Source of the DNA: Octopus bimaculoides
Taxonomy: Eukaryota
Reading direction: 5' to 3'
NCBI RefSeq assembly: GCF_001194135.2
Contig: NC_068990.1
Span: 19,000,367 to 19,064,366 of the forward strand
DNA length: 64,000 nucleotides
A program made the translations under genes and the position numbers. Below the pieces are notes generated by a model. It searched no databases, was not told the DNA's origin, and saw only the letters and a list, made by a program, of their open reading frames with translations. Positions within the stretch are counted from its first letter, which is position 1. Every line of letters starts with the position of its first letter. Below, piece after piece: positions 38,805-51,215 of the stretch.

Positions 38805-39756
38805 TCGAACGATCGAATGAACTCTCAATGAGGGCAGGCATCCTATATATATATATACATATATATTTATATATACATACGTACATACATGTTTGTATGT
38901 ATGTGTATATATATGTATAAGTAAGACTTTTGTATTACGTACATAGAGTATACATTTTATATGTCGTAATTCACAGAACTAATACCCATTTGAAAAATGA
39001 AGACGATATCTAGGAAATATCAAATATCTGTAATATAACTATGCTATAAAACATTTTACTACCAGAGAGATTTCACACAGGCAGTCAATACACAATATAT
39101 TGTGCAAAAACATATAATGCAAACATTCTGTACACCTACAAAGCTGTGTTCATCAAAACAATAAATACGCTAATGCAATATCCATCCTGAATCACTTTCT
39201 CAAATTGTAATAATTACAAGATGCTACATGCTTTATTTCGTTTTCTTTTTTACCTACTCACAAATGTTCATATCTGTTAGGTTATTCGATACGATACATA
39301 TTTGTGGGTAACATTTATTATCGATTGCTATCACTTTATATATACTTTCAAACAATTACCAGATTTTTCAGTTATTTATATGCATGTGCAATTATATATT
39401 AAATCCGGATATAGCTTCAGGAATATACGGTTTCTGCAATGAATACGTCGGAACACGCAGTACGTTATCATTTCATACAAATATCTCAATCTGTTTTATA
39501 TCTGGAACCTAAAATTTACTGTATTCCACTTCACTTCTATCCTAGAAGTTTGCAACACGCCAATGATATAAGTCTGTGTTGCCTAATACAATCATGTACA
39601 TTATCAAATATTCCTACTGCTAACTTCAAGCATTTCAGGAATAAAGGAATTAGTATAAAACAGACTCCGCCTCTAGCACCCATCTTCTTCCTCTATGTTT
39701 CTTCCTTCCTCCACTGTGGCTTCTCTTTGAAAATGTACATACATATGTAAACACAC

Positions 39757-39990
<234 letters not shown>

Positions 39991-40950
39991 CTGTATGTGT
40001 GTAAATACTTTCTCTTTGTTTCAGTCAGTAGGCAATGGTTAGGCAATGGCACTATCTTGTAAGCTTTGCTTCAATAAATCAACCCCGCTACTGATTTTAA
40101 TTGTGATGCTTTCTCTCGCCCTACCACGTTGTCGAGCATCTAGTCGATGGAGGCATGAATAAGTAAAAACTTGTTCTAGCAGACAAACATAGTGTCACAT
40201 TCATGCAGAACATGTACCAACACTGCATATATTAAGAGACAACAGATGTACTCAATACGCTTACAATTTCAGTAATATGAGCATTTCATATTTTAACATC
40301 CCAAAGTGATTAAACTTTTGACCCTAATGCCAACACAGAAATTTTCGAACAATTTTTTTCTACTACGTAAAGAAAGGAGTGGCAGCTGTTTTTATTTCTC
40401 TCAGACGTACGAGGTGTTCCTCATGCGGTTCTTTAGCTCTCATTCACAATTTGTTTTTATATTTTCGTTTACTTGTGGCAGATATTTAGCGTGGATTGTT
40501 TAGGATAAATCTATGTATGTCGTTGGCTAGGTTAGGTCAACGTGTGGTCTGAAGATAAGTAAATGCGTCCACTTGTGATTGTAAAAAGTAATGAATTGTT
40601 TGAATGATGTGAGTAGATGTACGTCAGTGAAACAAGCATGAAATTTTGCTAGTAAAATTCTAGATCGTTTTAGCGTAAACTTTCTTGTTATTACAGATTG
40701 TATTTGGATGTCTCGTCTGGTGAATGAAACTGAAGAATATTTAGGACGGTAAAGAGAATGTCACTTTGAATTAATGGTATTTTCTTGTAAGCTATTTTTG
40801 TAAATTATATGTGGGTGGGGTGTTTGTAATATAGGGTTAGGTTTCAACCTGACAGGTGTATATACGAATGCATATATCAATACATGCTTACACTCAAGAT
40901 ATACACATAGAGCGTTACAAACAAATATGTATATAAGTTGATTGATACAG

Positions 40951-41118
40951 ACTGTCAGTGGCCGCAGCGCGTGCCTTCGCTTTAGCAGCTATGGGATGCC
41001 ATGCACGTTTTCTAGCCGGCGCTGGCAAATTAGATCTCCTGACCAGTGAAATTTGTCCTTTCCCCAAAGTGCGGAAAATTAAACGCTCTAGTTTGGCCAA
41101 ACGTGGATTGGGGACAGG
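40951..41118 (+). other. candidate exon (168 nt, phase 2-2; contains ATG of MGCHARF...)
   Basis: GC/CpG-rich island in AT-rich DNA. Weak acceptor GATACAG (40950), strong donor AGG|GTAAGT (41119). Open frame LSVAAARAFALAAMGCHARFLAGAGKLDLLTSEICPFPKVRKIKRSSLAKRGLGT. No homolog recognised. Confidence 0.35.
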
Positions 41119-41224
41119 GTAAGTTATTTGGGAGACAATGTGAGCAGTCACCACATCTGCTTTATCTTTCAGAGATAATGATAACAGCAACAATGATAAT
41201 AATGCTCCATTATCTGTCTGCTAT

Positions 41225-41340
41225 AGGCACAAGGCCTCATATTTTGGGGGTGAGGTAGCTTGTCTATTACATCGTTCCAAGTGCAGAACTGCTACTTATT
41301 TTATTTACCCCGAAAGGAAAAAAGGCAACATCGACCCCCT
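41225..41340 (-). mobile_element. SINE type C 3' part
   Basis: ATAGGCACAAGGCCTCATATTTTGGGGG...ATTACATCG...CTACTTATTTTATTTACCCCGAAAGGAAAAAAGGCAACATCGACC. Confidence 0.75.
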
Positions 41341-42536
41341 CTTACTCCCCCTGATCATCGTCGTCATACACAAAAATAGCCAAAGACATGTAAATTTTAA
41401 CGGAAGAAGATTATAAATAAATAAAGCAACAATAGCTATGTAATAATAGCAGATATCTATTTTGACTGATAGGATGGCTGGTTGATTACTCCAGCCACTT
41501 TTGTACGAAATATGATATAGAGAAGGATAAAGATAGAGAGTAAAAGAGAGATGCAAACACTGATAACATTGGAGGTGTAGGATGAGTGAACATACTAGGC
41601 TTAGTGGTAGGCACTGAGTAAATGAATGATGCACACATAAACAGTGAGATAGATAGATAGATAGAGAGAAATTCACAAAGACAGGATAGAATAACTATCT
41701 GCGAAATTATACAAGTAATAAATTTGTTTTATTTAATATTTTGAGGCAATAATTATTTTCCTTCTAAAATGTATATACGTTTCATCATTTTAGTTAAATG
41801 GCAAGAAATTTGATTATGGTTAATTTATAACTATTGTATCTACACAATATTTCCTGATATCAAAACATGGTGACACAATTTACTTCCAAAATTATTCGTC
41901 ATATGACTCTAGTAATATAATGAACATAAACGTGCAAAACATAATTAGTATTGTGTATAGTTGATAAAATAGATGGAAAGAAAGAGTGGAGAGAGAGAAA
42001 GATAGTGAGAAAGATGGTGGTGAGTTAAAAAGAGAGAGTGAGATAGCAGGGGAGAGAATATATGAGATGGCGTTAAGAAAATCGGGTGAGTGTATTTAAA
42101 ATTTGCTAAATCTGATGTAATTTATGAAAACGAATATAAAATCATCAGTATGAATAAATGATTATAAATTGTTAAATTGAAATACTAAAAATTTACGATC
42201 ATTGATATTGATATTAATTTAATATATATATATATTAATATACAAAATTTAAACATCAAACAGAGAGCATAACATTGTATATGTACTTTGAAACAAACCG
42301 TAATTTCATATTATTATAGTCGCTTCGTATTATAATTATATCAAGTTATTTGCCACACAATACTTAATATATTTATAACTANNNNNNNNNNNNNNNNNNN
42401 NNNNNNNNNNNNNNNNNNNNNNNNNNNNNNNNNNNNNNNNNNNNNNNNNNNNNNNNNNNNNNNNNNNNNNNNNNNNNNNNNNNNNNNNNNNNNNNNNNNN
42501 NNNNNNNNNNNNNNNNNNNNATATATATATATGTGT

Positions 42537-42586
<50 letters not shown>

Positions 42587-43219
42587 AGGTGTATATCAAT
42601 ACACACCAACACTCACATGATACTGAATCACGTATATACATGAATGTATATATATGTATGTACACACTTGTTCGTTTTCGTATTAGCTTTGCAAGAGTCT
42701 TGATATGAATTGGGGTGTTGAAATAGATTTTGTTGTATCACAGGTGGGTCATTATGCCAATATATTTATATGCGCACTGGTTTAGTTCCAGATCGTTTAT
42801 TATAATTACTAGTCAATTTGTTGCACCAATCAATTAGTTTTGTGAAATTGCTCTCCCCCTATCGAGACTTCATCAACGAGCTGTCCTCTCTACTCCTGGT
42901 CAGTTTCATATTTGCTTCTGTTTTAGTTTACACAATCTAGATTTTTTTACATGGATGTCACAGATATGAATCTCCATGTTTGAGAGAGGGGGAAAGAGAA
43001 AGAAAGAAAGATTAAATGTGATTGAGCGTGCATGCACAGATGTGTTCGGGCTAGTGTGTGTTTGCGTTTATGCAGACGAACGACAATCAATGTGAAATCT
43101 TGTAGATTCTGTAAGTACGCGATAAAACGCGTGTGTGTGTATGTTTGTTTGAGAGTGTGCGGTCCTGCTTGCACATGTGTATGGAGTTCCTTCGGTGGGA
43201 GGTCGTGACTTATATATAA

Positions 43220-43255
43220 ACGAATATATAAACACTTATAGGTTTATATATTCGT
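43220..43255. repeat. perfect 14-bp hairpin
   Basis: ACGAATATATAAAC-ACTTATAG-GTTTATATATTCGT. Confidence 0.9.
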
Positions 43256-45075
43256 CTGTTTATTTCCTGCAAGTGTTTTTGTTTTCGCGAATAGAATCCG
43301 TTTTTATGGATGTATGGTAATATAGGAGCGTGTTTCTATAGATATTCAAGTCCAGTGGCTTACGTTATTCTTTGGATGTTATGGATCAAACCAAAATTAC
43401 AAATTAATGACGAGTAAGGTATTTGATTACCAATTAAGAATACTTCACACTCGCATGAAAAGCGTATAAACCCGCATACAAACGAAACGCACGAATGATT
43501 CAAATGACAATACTTATAACCTATCCAAAGTGGGTGTATTACTAGAACACTGAATACCATAGTAGTTCCCTTGAGAGGTCCTCTCATATCGATGCACAGA
43601 TCTAAGAACAAAGACATATATCATTATAAATCGAGAACCATCAGGCATGGGTGCTCGAACTGCCAGATAATATACATCACAAGAGAAATACCTAATTAAA
43701 CTTCTCTGTATAGCTATTTGAACTGTCAGAAAATACATTTCTCTGAAAACTGATTATATTATTTTCCTATTTGAAAAGGGAAATAATTCCCGAAGTATTT
43801 ATTATAAGCACCGTCGAACAGCCAATGTAAGATATGTAAGATAATACAATATTTCGCTACTTTGTTTTCTTTTACTGATATGACCTTACATATTTTCCAT
43901 AAGTTCTCACCTGCATTACTCACAGATTTTTTCTTCAACCATTTCTATAATTTACACACACATTGCAATGCTTCAAGCATATTACAAACCATTATAACAA
44001 TAATAAAAGCTCATATATTTAATACAGATAACCTTATGAATGAAAGTAGGTAGATATATAAATTTACTCACCTATTAACGCCGCAATCATGTAAATATAT
44101 GCAGGTATTTATGCACTGTTTGTGTGTCTGCATGTTTTTTAAAGGGAGAGAGAAAGAGAGAGATTTATATGTATGCATATCTTAAAAATATCGATACTAG
44201 TCTTTCCATATTTTTTTTCTTACCTCTTCCTTTTTTCTTCATAGCGTTCTTATTTCTGTCTTGCTTTTTCTCTTCCATCTTTCAAGTCCTATATCAACTT
44301 CATTCATGTTCAATTTTCGTCTCTATAATTTTAAAAATAACATCCTCCTTCTCTGGCTATATTCCATTATTGCTGATATATTCTTTTCGTTTTATTATGC
44401 ATGATTGCTTGCTAAAATAATGAATAAACAGTTCCAATAAATTAGATGAACTCACGGGAGTCGAGTTCACTAGAGTAATTAAAACAACGACGTGAAATCG
44501 TCTGGCTGATTAATACTGGAGTTGACCATTATTAGCCTAACTATTTTGCAAACAAATTGTATTTGCTCACCGAGAAAAAAAAAATAAAACACATAGTATT
44601 ATATATTTTCTCTTCAATCTAAACAGGAATTATATTTTATACCCCAAAATTGTGAAACGAAATATTAACTACGTCCCCCGTATACACCGACGTTCCATTG
44701 CAGCATAAATACAGCATTTCCGAATTCACCGCTCAGCTTTAAGTCAACAAAACATTGCATAGCTTCCACAATAGTATTCCATATCTTTTCCAACGTAGAG
44801 AAACAAACTCTCTCCAGGTTTGTTGTTGATGGATATCTCTTCACGTAGCTGACTTAGGCCCAGAAGTTGTTTTCTTTACCACACGCACACAGGTGCACAT
44901 ACAGACACACACACTCACACAAATACACACACACATACGCGCACAAAGACATTCTATAAAATTCAGAATAAAATCGCTTTAATGATTTTATCAAGTGGCC
45001 AGCGTGAAATAAAAACTATGTAGGTAACATTTTATACTAATTTATAATTATTTCATAATTTGTAATTCTAAATTA

Positions 45076-45118
<43 letters not shown>

Positions 45119-45239
45119 TACGTAAATATGGAACGATGAAAATGAGTACTCAACATTGATGGATATCATATCTTTATTTTCAAATTATGGCTACCATTGG
45201 TTTCATGTTAAGAGAAATAGATAAAATATGTTAATACTT

Positions 45240-46290
45240 TAACAATATTTCAAGCCGACTAAATTGAGGAATGGTGTTCGTTCCCATTTAGGATAAAGCA
45301 AAACGTCTCGTTGAATTTGCAGTGGTTCTCGTAAAGAAATCTATAGATTAAGGGCCATTCCTCTTGGATGACATTTTTTGAGTGGTTATCTCCCTCGGAT
45401 TTGAGAATCGGGCTAACGAACATGATGGAATTTAAATTTGTTTGCATTACCTTATAACATATTCTGCGTGTATGTGATGTTCCTATGCTTGTGCGCCGAG
45501 TAGTTCATCATGCGGACATAGTTCTTCTGTACGTGGAGTTTGTGTGTTATGTATATTCAAATTTCACGTTGAGAGAAGAGACTATCCTAAAGGTAGCGGT
45601 TTGGAGATTTGCAATTGGATTGTCTTTCGTAGGTATCTCAGCTCTATTTATCTTTAGTGTGTTTCAGTATTATTGACCTTATATTGGTTAAGCAACTATG
45701 GCTAACTTTAATAGTATTTCTGTCGAACATTTGTGGTATTTCTGTAAACGTGGAAAGTGATTGCCTATTAATTTTAAGAATTTCCTAGCTGTGTTAGAGG
45801 GTACGTTAATGCTGTAAAGTGGGTTAAATCATAGGATTTACTTCTGTCTGGCTCTACATGGTCTATTTGCATTTGGTTGAAGTAGTCGATGCTTTCTTTA
45901 AAGTTGGAACTTTCTAATGTAGCATTATAGTATGGGGCAGCGTTTTAAAACTGTCTTTATCGGCAGACAATTTGGCCACACGCCTGCTAATGTTGTTAAC
46001 TAGTTGTTTAACGACTGCTGTTCGGTGGTTGGAGTTGATTTCTATGTACGAGACTTCCTTATGGTAGGGTTTAAATTTGCCTGTGCGAAGATTCATGTCA
46101 ATAACTCTGGAGTTGACTTATTTAAGGTTGATACAAATTGAGGTTCATAGCCATATTTGGCTAGATATTTTGTATAATTTCTTCCTTATTCTATCGATAT
46201 CGTCTCTGATGTTATTGTGTACCAGTTCCAGATCATCGTCCCTATATAACCTTTTTTTTTCAAAGATCTTGGATGTAGAGGGCTACTAGG
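45240..46290 (-). mobile_element. degenerate Penelope-like element (RT C-terminus to GIY-YIG)
   Basis: Minus strand across frameshifts: LYRDDDL...DRIRKKLYKI...DMNLRTGKFKPYHKE..YIEINSNH...VKQLVNNISRRVAKLS; FNPLYSINV..NTARKFLKLIGNHFP; FDRNTIKVSHSCLTNIRSII; SNCKSPN...IY...KNYV. All are canonical PLE motifs. Confidence 0.88.
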
Positions 46291-46364
46291 TCAGCTATCT
46301 CGGCACTATCGTAGCGTATATCTATCTATCTATCTATCTATCTCCCCCTCACTCTCTCTCTCTC

Positions 46365-46419
<55 letters not shown>

Positions 46420-47720
46420 NNNNNNNNNNNNNNNNNNNNNNNNNNNNNNNNNNNNNNNNNNNNNNNNNNNNNNNNNNNNNNNNNNNNNNNNNNNNNNNNN
46501 NNNNNNNNNNNNNNNNNNNNNNNNNNNNNNNNNNNNNNNNNNNNNNNNNNNNNNNNNNNNNNNNNNNNNNNNNNNNNNNNNNNNNNNNNNNNNNNNNNNN
46601 NNNNNNNNNNNNNNNNNNNNNNNNNNNNNNNNNNNNNNNNNNNNNNNNNNNNNNNNNNNNNNNNNNNNNNNNNNNNNNNNNNNNNNNNNNNNNNNNNNNN
46701 NNNNNNNNNNNNNNNNNNNNNNNNNNNNNNNNNNNNNNNNNNNNNNNNNNNNNNNNNNNNNNNNNNNNNNNNNNNNNNNNNNNNNNNNNNNNNNNNNNNN
46801 NNNNNNNNNNNNNNNNNNNNNNNNNNNNNNNNNNNNNNNNNNNNNNNNNNNNNNNNNNNNNNNNNNNNNNNNNNNNNNNNNNNNNNNNNNNNNNNNNNNN
46901 NNNNNNNNNNNNNNNNNNNNNNNNNNNNNNNNNNNNNNNNNNNNNNNNNNNNNNNNNNNNNNNNNNNNNNNNNNNNNNNNNNNNNNNNNNNNNNNNNNNN
47001 NNNNNNNNNNNNNNNNNNNNNNNNNNNNNNNNNNNNNNNNNNNNNNNNNNNNNNNNNNNNNNNNNNNNNNNNNNNNNNNNNNNNNNNNNNNNNNNNNNNN
47101 NNNNNNNNNNNNNNNNNNNNNNNNNNNNNNNNNNNNNNNNNNNNNNNNNNNNNNNNNNNNNNNNNNNNNNNNNNNNNNNNNNNNNNNNNNNNNNNNNNNN
47201 NNNNNNNNNNNNNNNNNNNNNNNNNNNNNNNNNNTATATATATATATTCACACACACACTTATAACACAGAAGTGAAGATAAATGTTTGACAATTACACA
47301 CGCGTACGCACACACTCACACACACATTCACACACACACAGACACAAACACACATTCACCCACATATGTATGTAACTATATATGTCTATACTTCATGTAC
47401 CAGAAATCAGGTGTATGAGCATGAAGCTGAGTATGCACCCCTCCATCCCTTTACTTTTCGATTTCTTTCACGATTCTTCTTACTGATGATGTCAAGAGAA
47501 ATGGGAAAACAAGTTTTGAATACAGAAGTACTTGTATTGAGGATTCATCCTCTCTTGTTCACTCACATTATTCTGAACGCTTTAGCATGCGGTGCACGTT
47601 GTAATGAATGAGATTTCGTAGGGCATGCTGCTACTAATACAGAGATGCGTGTATGTCTGTGTGCGTGTTTGTTAGTGTGGTACTGGTAGCTCTGATTTCT
47701 TGCTCTTGGTCCATTTTCAG

Positions 47721-47780
47721 TTCATTTGTGCACCAGACGAAAATGTTACAGACCTACAGATTAGCAAAAAACAGATTATT
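47721..47780 (+). other. candidate 60-nt exon
   Basis: Acceptor TTTCTTGCTCTTGGTCCATTTTCAG (47720), donor ATT|GTGAGT (47781). Two frames open: FICAPDENVTDLQISKKQII or SFVHQTKMLQTYRLAKNRL. Confidence 0.4.
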
Positions 47781-47929
47781 GTGAGTGTTAGGTCAGTAAA
47801 CACACCTTTGTATATCAGAGAGCGTAATTTTGTGTGTTAATAAACATATATCTGCGTATAAATATTGGCGACAAAAGCAGTGGTAGCCACGAATGGCAAT
47901 AGTTATCTCCCACTCAATGCTTATATACA

Positions 47930-48140
47930 TACATATGTGTTTGTATGTGTGTGTATGTATATCCATGTGTACATATATATATACATATGTGTATATGCAA
48001 TATATATATATATAACTGTATATATATATATGCATATACATATATGTATATATATTATCTCTATAACTATACCTATTTATCTACGTAGATATGTATGTAT
48101 ATATGTAGGTATCTATCTATCTATCTATCTATCTATCTAA

Positions 48141-48172
<32 letters not shown>

Positions 48173-48270
48173 ATTTATATATACAAGGAGAGAGAGAGAG
48201 AGCGGGAGAGAGAGAAAACAAAGAAAGAAAGAGATATCGATAGATTGACAGATAGATATATAGATACAGA
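47930..48270. repeat. compound (TG)/(TA)/(CTAT)/(AG) microsatellite
   Basis: Seen directly. Confidence 0.85.
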
Positions 48271-48833
48271 GAGAAAAGTGGAGATAATGTTCTTGAAGTT
48301 GACCTTTCAGTTCTATTTTCTCCACTAGAAGTATTGAATACGCTTTAATTTGTTCGTACATGTACTTGGAAACACATCCCATTATTATATATGCATGGGA
48401 AACTAACAAATTCGGATCGACAAATAACAACATCTCCGAGAATAGCACCATGAATCTCTTTACCTAGTGGCTAAGTGTATATCTATTTTCACTATGATGA
48501 GTTTACAATTTACTTTCTCTTGGAATTGGTTGCACATGCTTATTTGTTAGACTGATATAGATATCTACCTCAAAAGCAGACAGGATTGTCTCACAGAATT
48601 TAACTCAGCTAGTTAGTGTAAGAGAAAAAAATAGCTTTGTTCTTTTTTCTTCAATTATTGTCTTAATATTCCCTACGATAAACTGCACAGAAATTCATTT
48701 CTTTGCATACATTGATTTGGTGTGAATTTACGTGTACATATGGTTATGTATATATGTTTCTATGAGTGTTATGTATGAATATACATACATACATACATAT
48801 CTCTCTGTCTTTCTCTCTGTCTGTCTGTCTCTC

Positions 48834-48870
<37 letters not shown>

Positions 48871-49829
48871 ATATATATATATATATATATATAAGCAATG
48901 TTAATTCTCTAAATGAAGTATTAACAGTAACTGCACGATAAAGTGTAGTATATTGCCACTTAAGTGTGGCTGACCCCTAGGGGNNNNNNNNNNNNNNNNN
49001 NNNNNNNNNNNNNNNNNNNNNNNNNNNNNNNNNNNNNNNNNNNNNNNNNNNNNNNNNNNNNNNNNNNNNNNNNNNNNNNNNNNNNNNNNNNNNNNNNNNN
49101 NNNNNNNNNNNNNNNNNNNNNNNNNNNNNNNNNNNNNNNNNNNNNNNNNNNNNNNNNNNNNNNNNNNNNNNNNNNNNNNNNNNNNNNNNNNNNNNNNNNN
49201 NNNNNNNNNNNNNNNNNNNNNNNNNNNNNNNNNNNNNNNNNNNNNNNNNNNNNNNNNNNNNNNNNNNNNNNNNNNNNNNNNNNNNNNNNNNNNNNNNNNN
49301 NNNNNNNNNNNNNNNNNNNNNNNNNNNNNNNNNNNNNNNNNNNNNNNNNNNNNNNNNNNNNNNNNNNNNNNNNNNNNNNNNNNNNNNNNNNNNNNNNNNN
49401 NNNNNNNNNNNNNNNNNNNNNNNNNNNNNNNNNNNNNNNNNNNNNNNNNNNNNNNNNNNNNNNNNNNNNNNNNNNNNNNNNNNNNNNNNNNNNNNNNNNN
49501 NNNNNNNNNNNNNNNNNNNNNNNNNNNNNNNNNNNNNNNNNNNNNNNNNNNNNNNNNNNNNNNNNNNNNNNNNNNNNNNNNNNNNNNNNNNNNNNNNNNN
49601 NNNNNNNNNNNNNNNNNNNNNNNNNNNNNNNNNNNNNNNNNNNNNNNNNNNNNNNNNNNNNNNNNNNNNNNNNNNNNNNNNNNNNNNNNNNNNNNNNNNN
49701 NNNNNNNNNNNNNNNNNNNATATATATATATAGTCTGCTATGTGAATCTACATTTTTTTCTGACTGATTCATTCTTTCTCTCACTCTTCAGGCACATGCA
49801 CACACACATACAGCCAGACACACACATGC

Positions 49830-49864
<35 letters not shown>

Positions 49865-50111
49865 AATTCACTTGCAGAAATGCTTTAACCGGGTAAAATA
49901 TTGTTTTGAAAACAGCCACTTATGATATTATTATCCATGCAAATATACTGATTGTATGCTTTCATCACCCAAGAACGAAGCGTAATAATGCCAAAAATTG
50001 CAGCAAAAACAAAAATTGGCGCCTTTATCAATGATTAGAAATAATTGGCCGAAATCAGGCCTTATGACCTCATAAAAAAGAGACATTTTGTAATTAGTAT
50101 ATGATTGGATT

Positions 50112-50330
50112 AAGGCGGCGAGCTGGTAGAAACGTTAGCACGCCGGTCGAAATGCTTAGCGGTATTTCGTCTGTCTTTACATTCCGAGTTCAAATTCTAC
50201 CGAGGTCGACTTCGCCTTTCATCCTTTCGGCGTCAATAAATTAAGTACCAGTTGCGTACTGGGGTCGATCTAATTGTATGCCCCCCCCTCCCCGACAATT
50301 TCGGGCCTTGTGTGTAGTGTAAAAAAGAAT
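50112..50330 (+). mobile_element. SINE type C, full length (best-preserved copy)
   Basis: AAGGCGGCGAGCTGGTAGAAACGTTAGCACGCCGG, B-box GAGTTCAAATTC, core GAGGTCGACTTCGCCTTTCATCCTTTCGGCGTCAATAAATTAAGTACCAGTTG, then tail. The core resembles Meta-type SINE domains (from memory). Confidence 0.9.
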
Positions 50331-50342
50331 ATTTGACTGGAT

Positions 50343-50566
50343 TAATGCTGCGAACTGGCGGAATTGTTAGCATGTCGGGCAAAATGCTTTGCGGCATTTA
50401 ATCCGTCTTTGCGTTCTAAGTTCAAAATCCTCCGCGGTCGAGTGTACCTTTCATTTTTTTAGAAGTAGATAAAATAAGTACCAATTGGGTACTGGGGTCG
50501 ATGAAATCGATCTACATTCTCCCCACCCCCGAATTATTGGTCCTGTTTCAAACTTTGAAACCAATA
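50343..50566 (+). mobile_element. SINE type C, second head-to-tail copy, more diverged
   Basis: Same head, core and tail order directly after the first copy. Confidence 0.85.
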
Positions 50567-50569
50567 TAT

Positions 50570-50780
50570 ATGGCTGGATGCCACTGGCAAGACTGGAGGA
50601 TCCTAGCTAGAACATTTTTGAACATATGTCTGACTAATCAAAAGATGACTTGCTGCCAACGAAAACCCAAATGAGCAGAGACGCCTACACTATGTCGATC
50701 CACCAGTTAGTAACAGAAGCCAAGTATCCTTCAATAACCTAATTTATCGTTTTGTAGAATGAAGAACATAGTATATAATC
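50570..50780 (+). mobile_element. possible degenerate RTE-like LINE 3' fragment
   Basis: MAGCHW... and RRLHYVD resemble RTE C-terminal FAGHC.R...GRP..TYVD. Heavily decayed. Confidence 0.25.
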
Positions 50781-50859
50781 AGCGTCCAAGATTGACTGGA
50801 TATGTTTGGAACACAGTTTCCAATATGTTTGCTCGATTATATTCGATACCGTTTGTTAT

Positions 50860-51035
50860 TAAATTTGGCACAAAGTCCACAATTTTGAGGTGAAAGGCAC
50901 AAATTGATTACATCGATTCCAGTATTTGAGTGGCACTTATTGAATCCGAAGTGAGGAAATGTCAAGTCAACCACAGCGGAATTTGAATTGAGAACGTAAA
51001 GAACCGCAGCAAATTACTTTAAGCATTTGGTCAGT
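50860..51035 (-). mobile_element. SINE type C
   Basis: TTTGGCACAAAGTCCACAATTTTGAGG...ATTGATTACATCGATTCCAGTATT...GGAATTTGAATTGAGAACGTAAAG...TTTAAGCATTT. Confidence 0.75.
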
Positions 51036-51067
51036 TCACTGGCTTATGGAGTTAAAAACAAAGGGCT

Positions 51068-51215
51068 TCTAGTTTTGGCACAAGCACAGCAATTTTAGGG
51101 GATGAGGATATGTAGATTACATCAAACCAAGTGTTCAACTGCTACATGATATATATTTTATCGTCCCCCAAATGAATAATAGGCAAAGTCAACTTCGACG
51201 GAATTTGAGTTCACA
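51068..51215 (-). mobile_element. SINE type C 3' part
   Basis: TTTTGGCACAAGCACAGCAATTTTAGGGG...GATTACATC...TTTATCGTCCCC...AGGCAAAGTCAACTTCGACGGAATTTGAGTTC. Confidence 0.75.

Noticed and set aside
45180-45230. GAAACCAATGGTA (minus) downstream of the PLE at 45240-46290, resembling hammerhead stem III
   Set aside because: The CUGANGA half is absent; at most a remnant.
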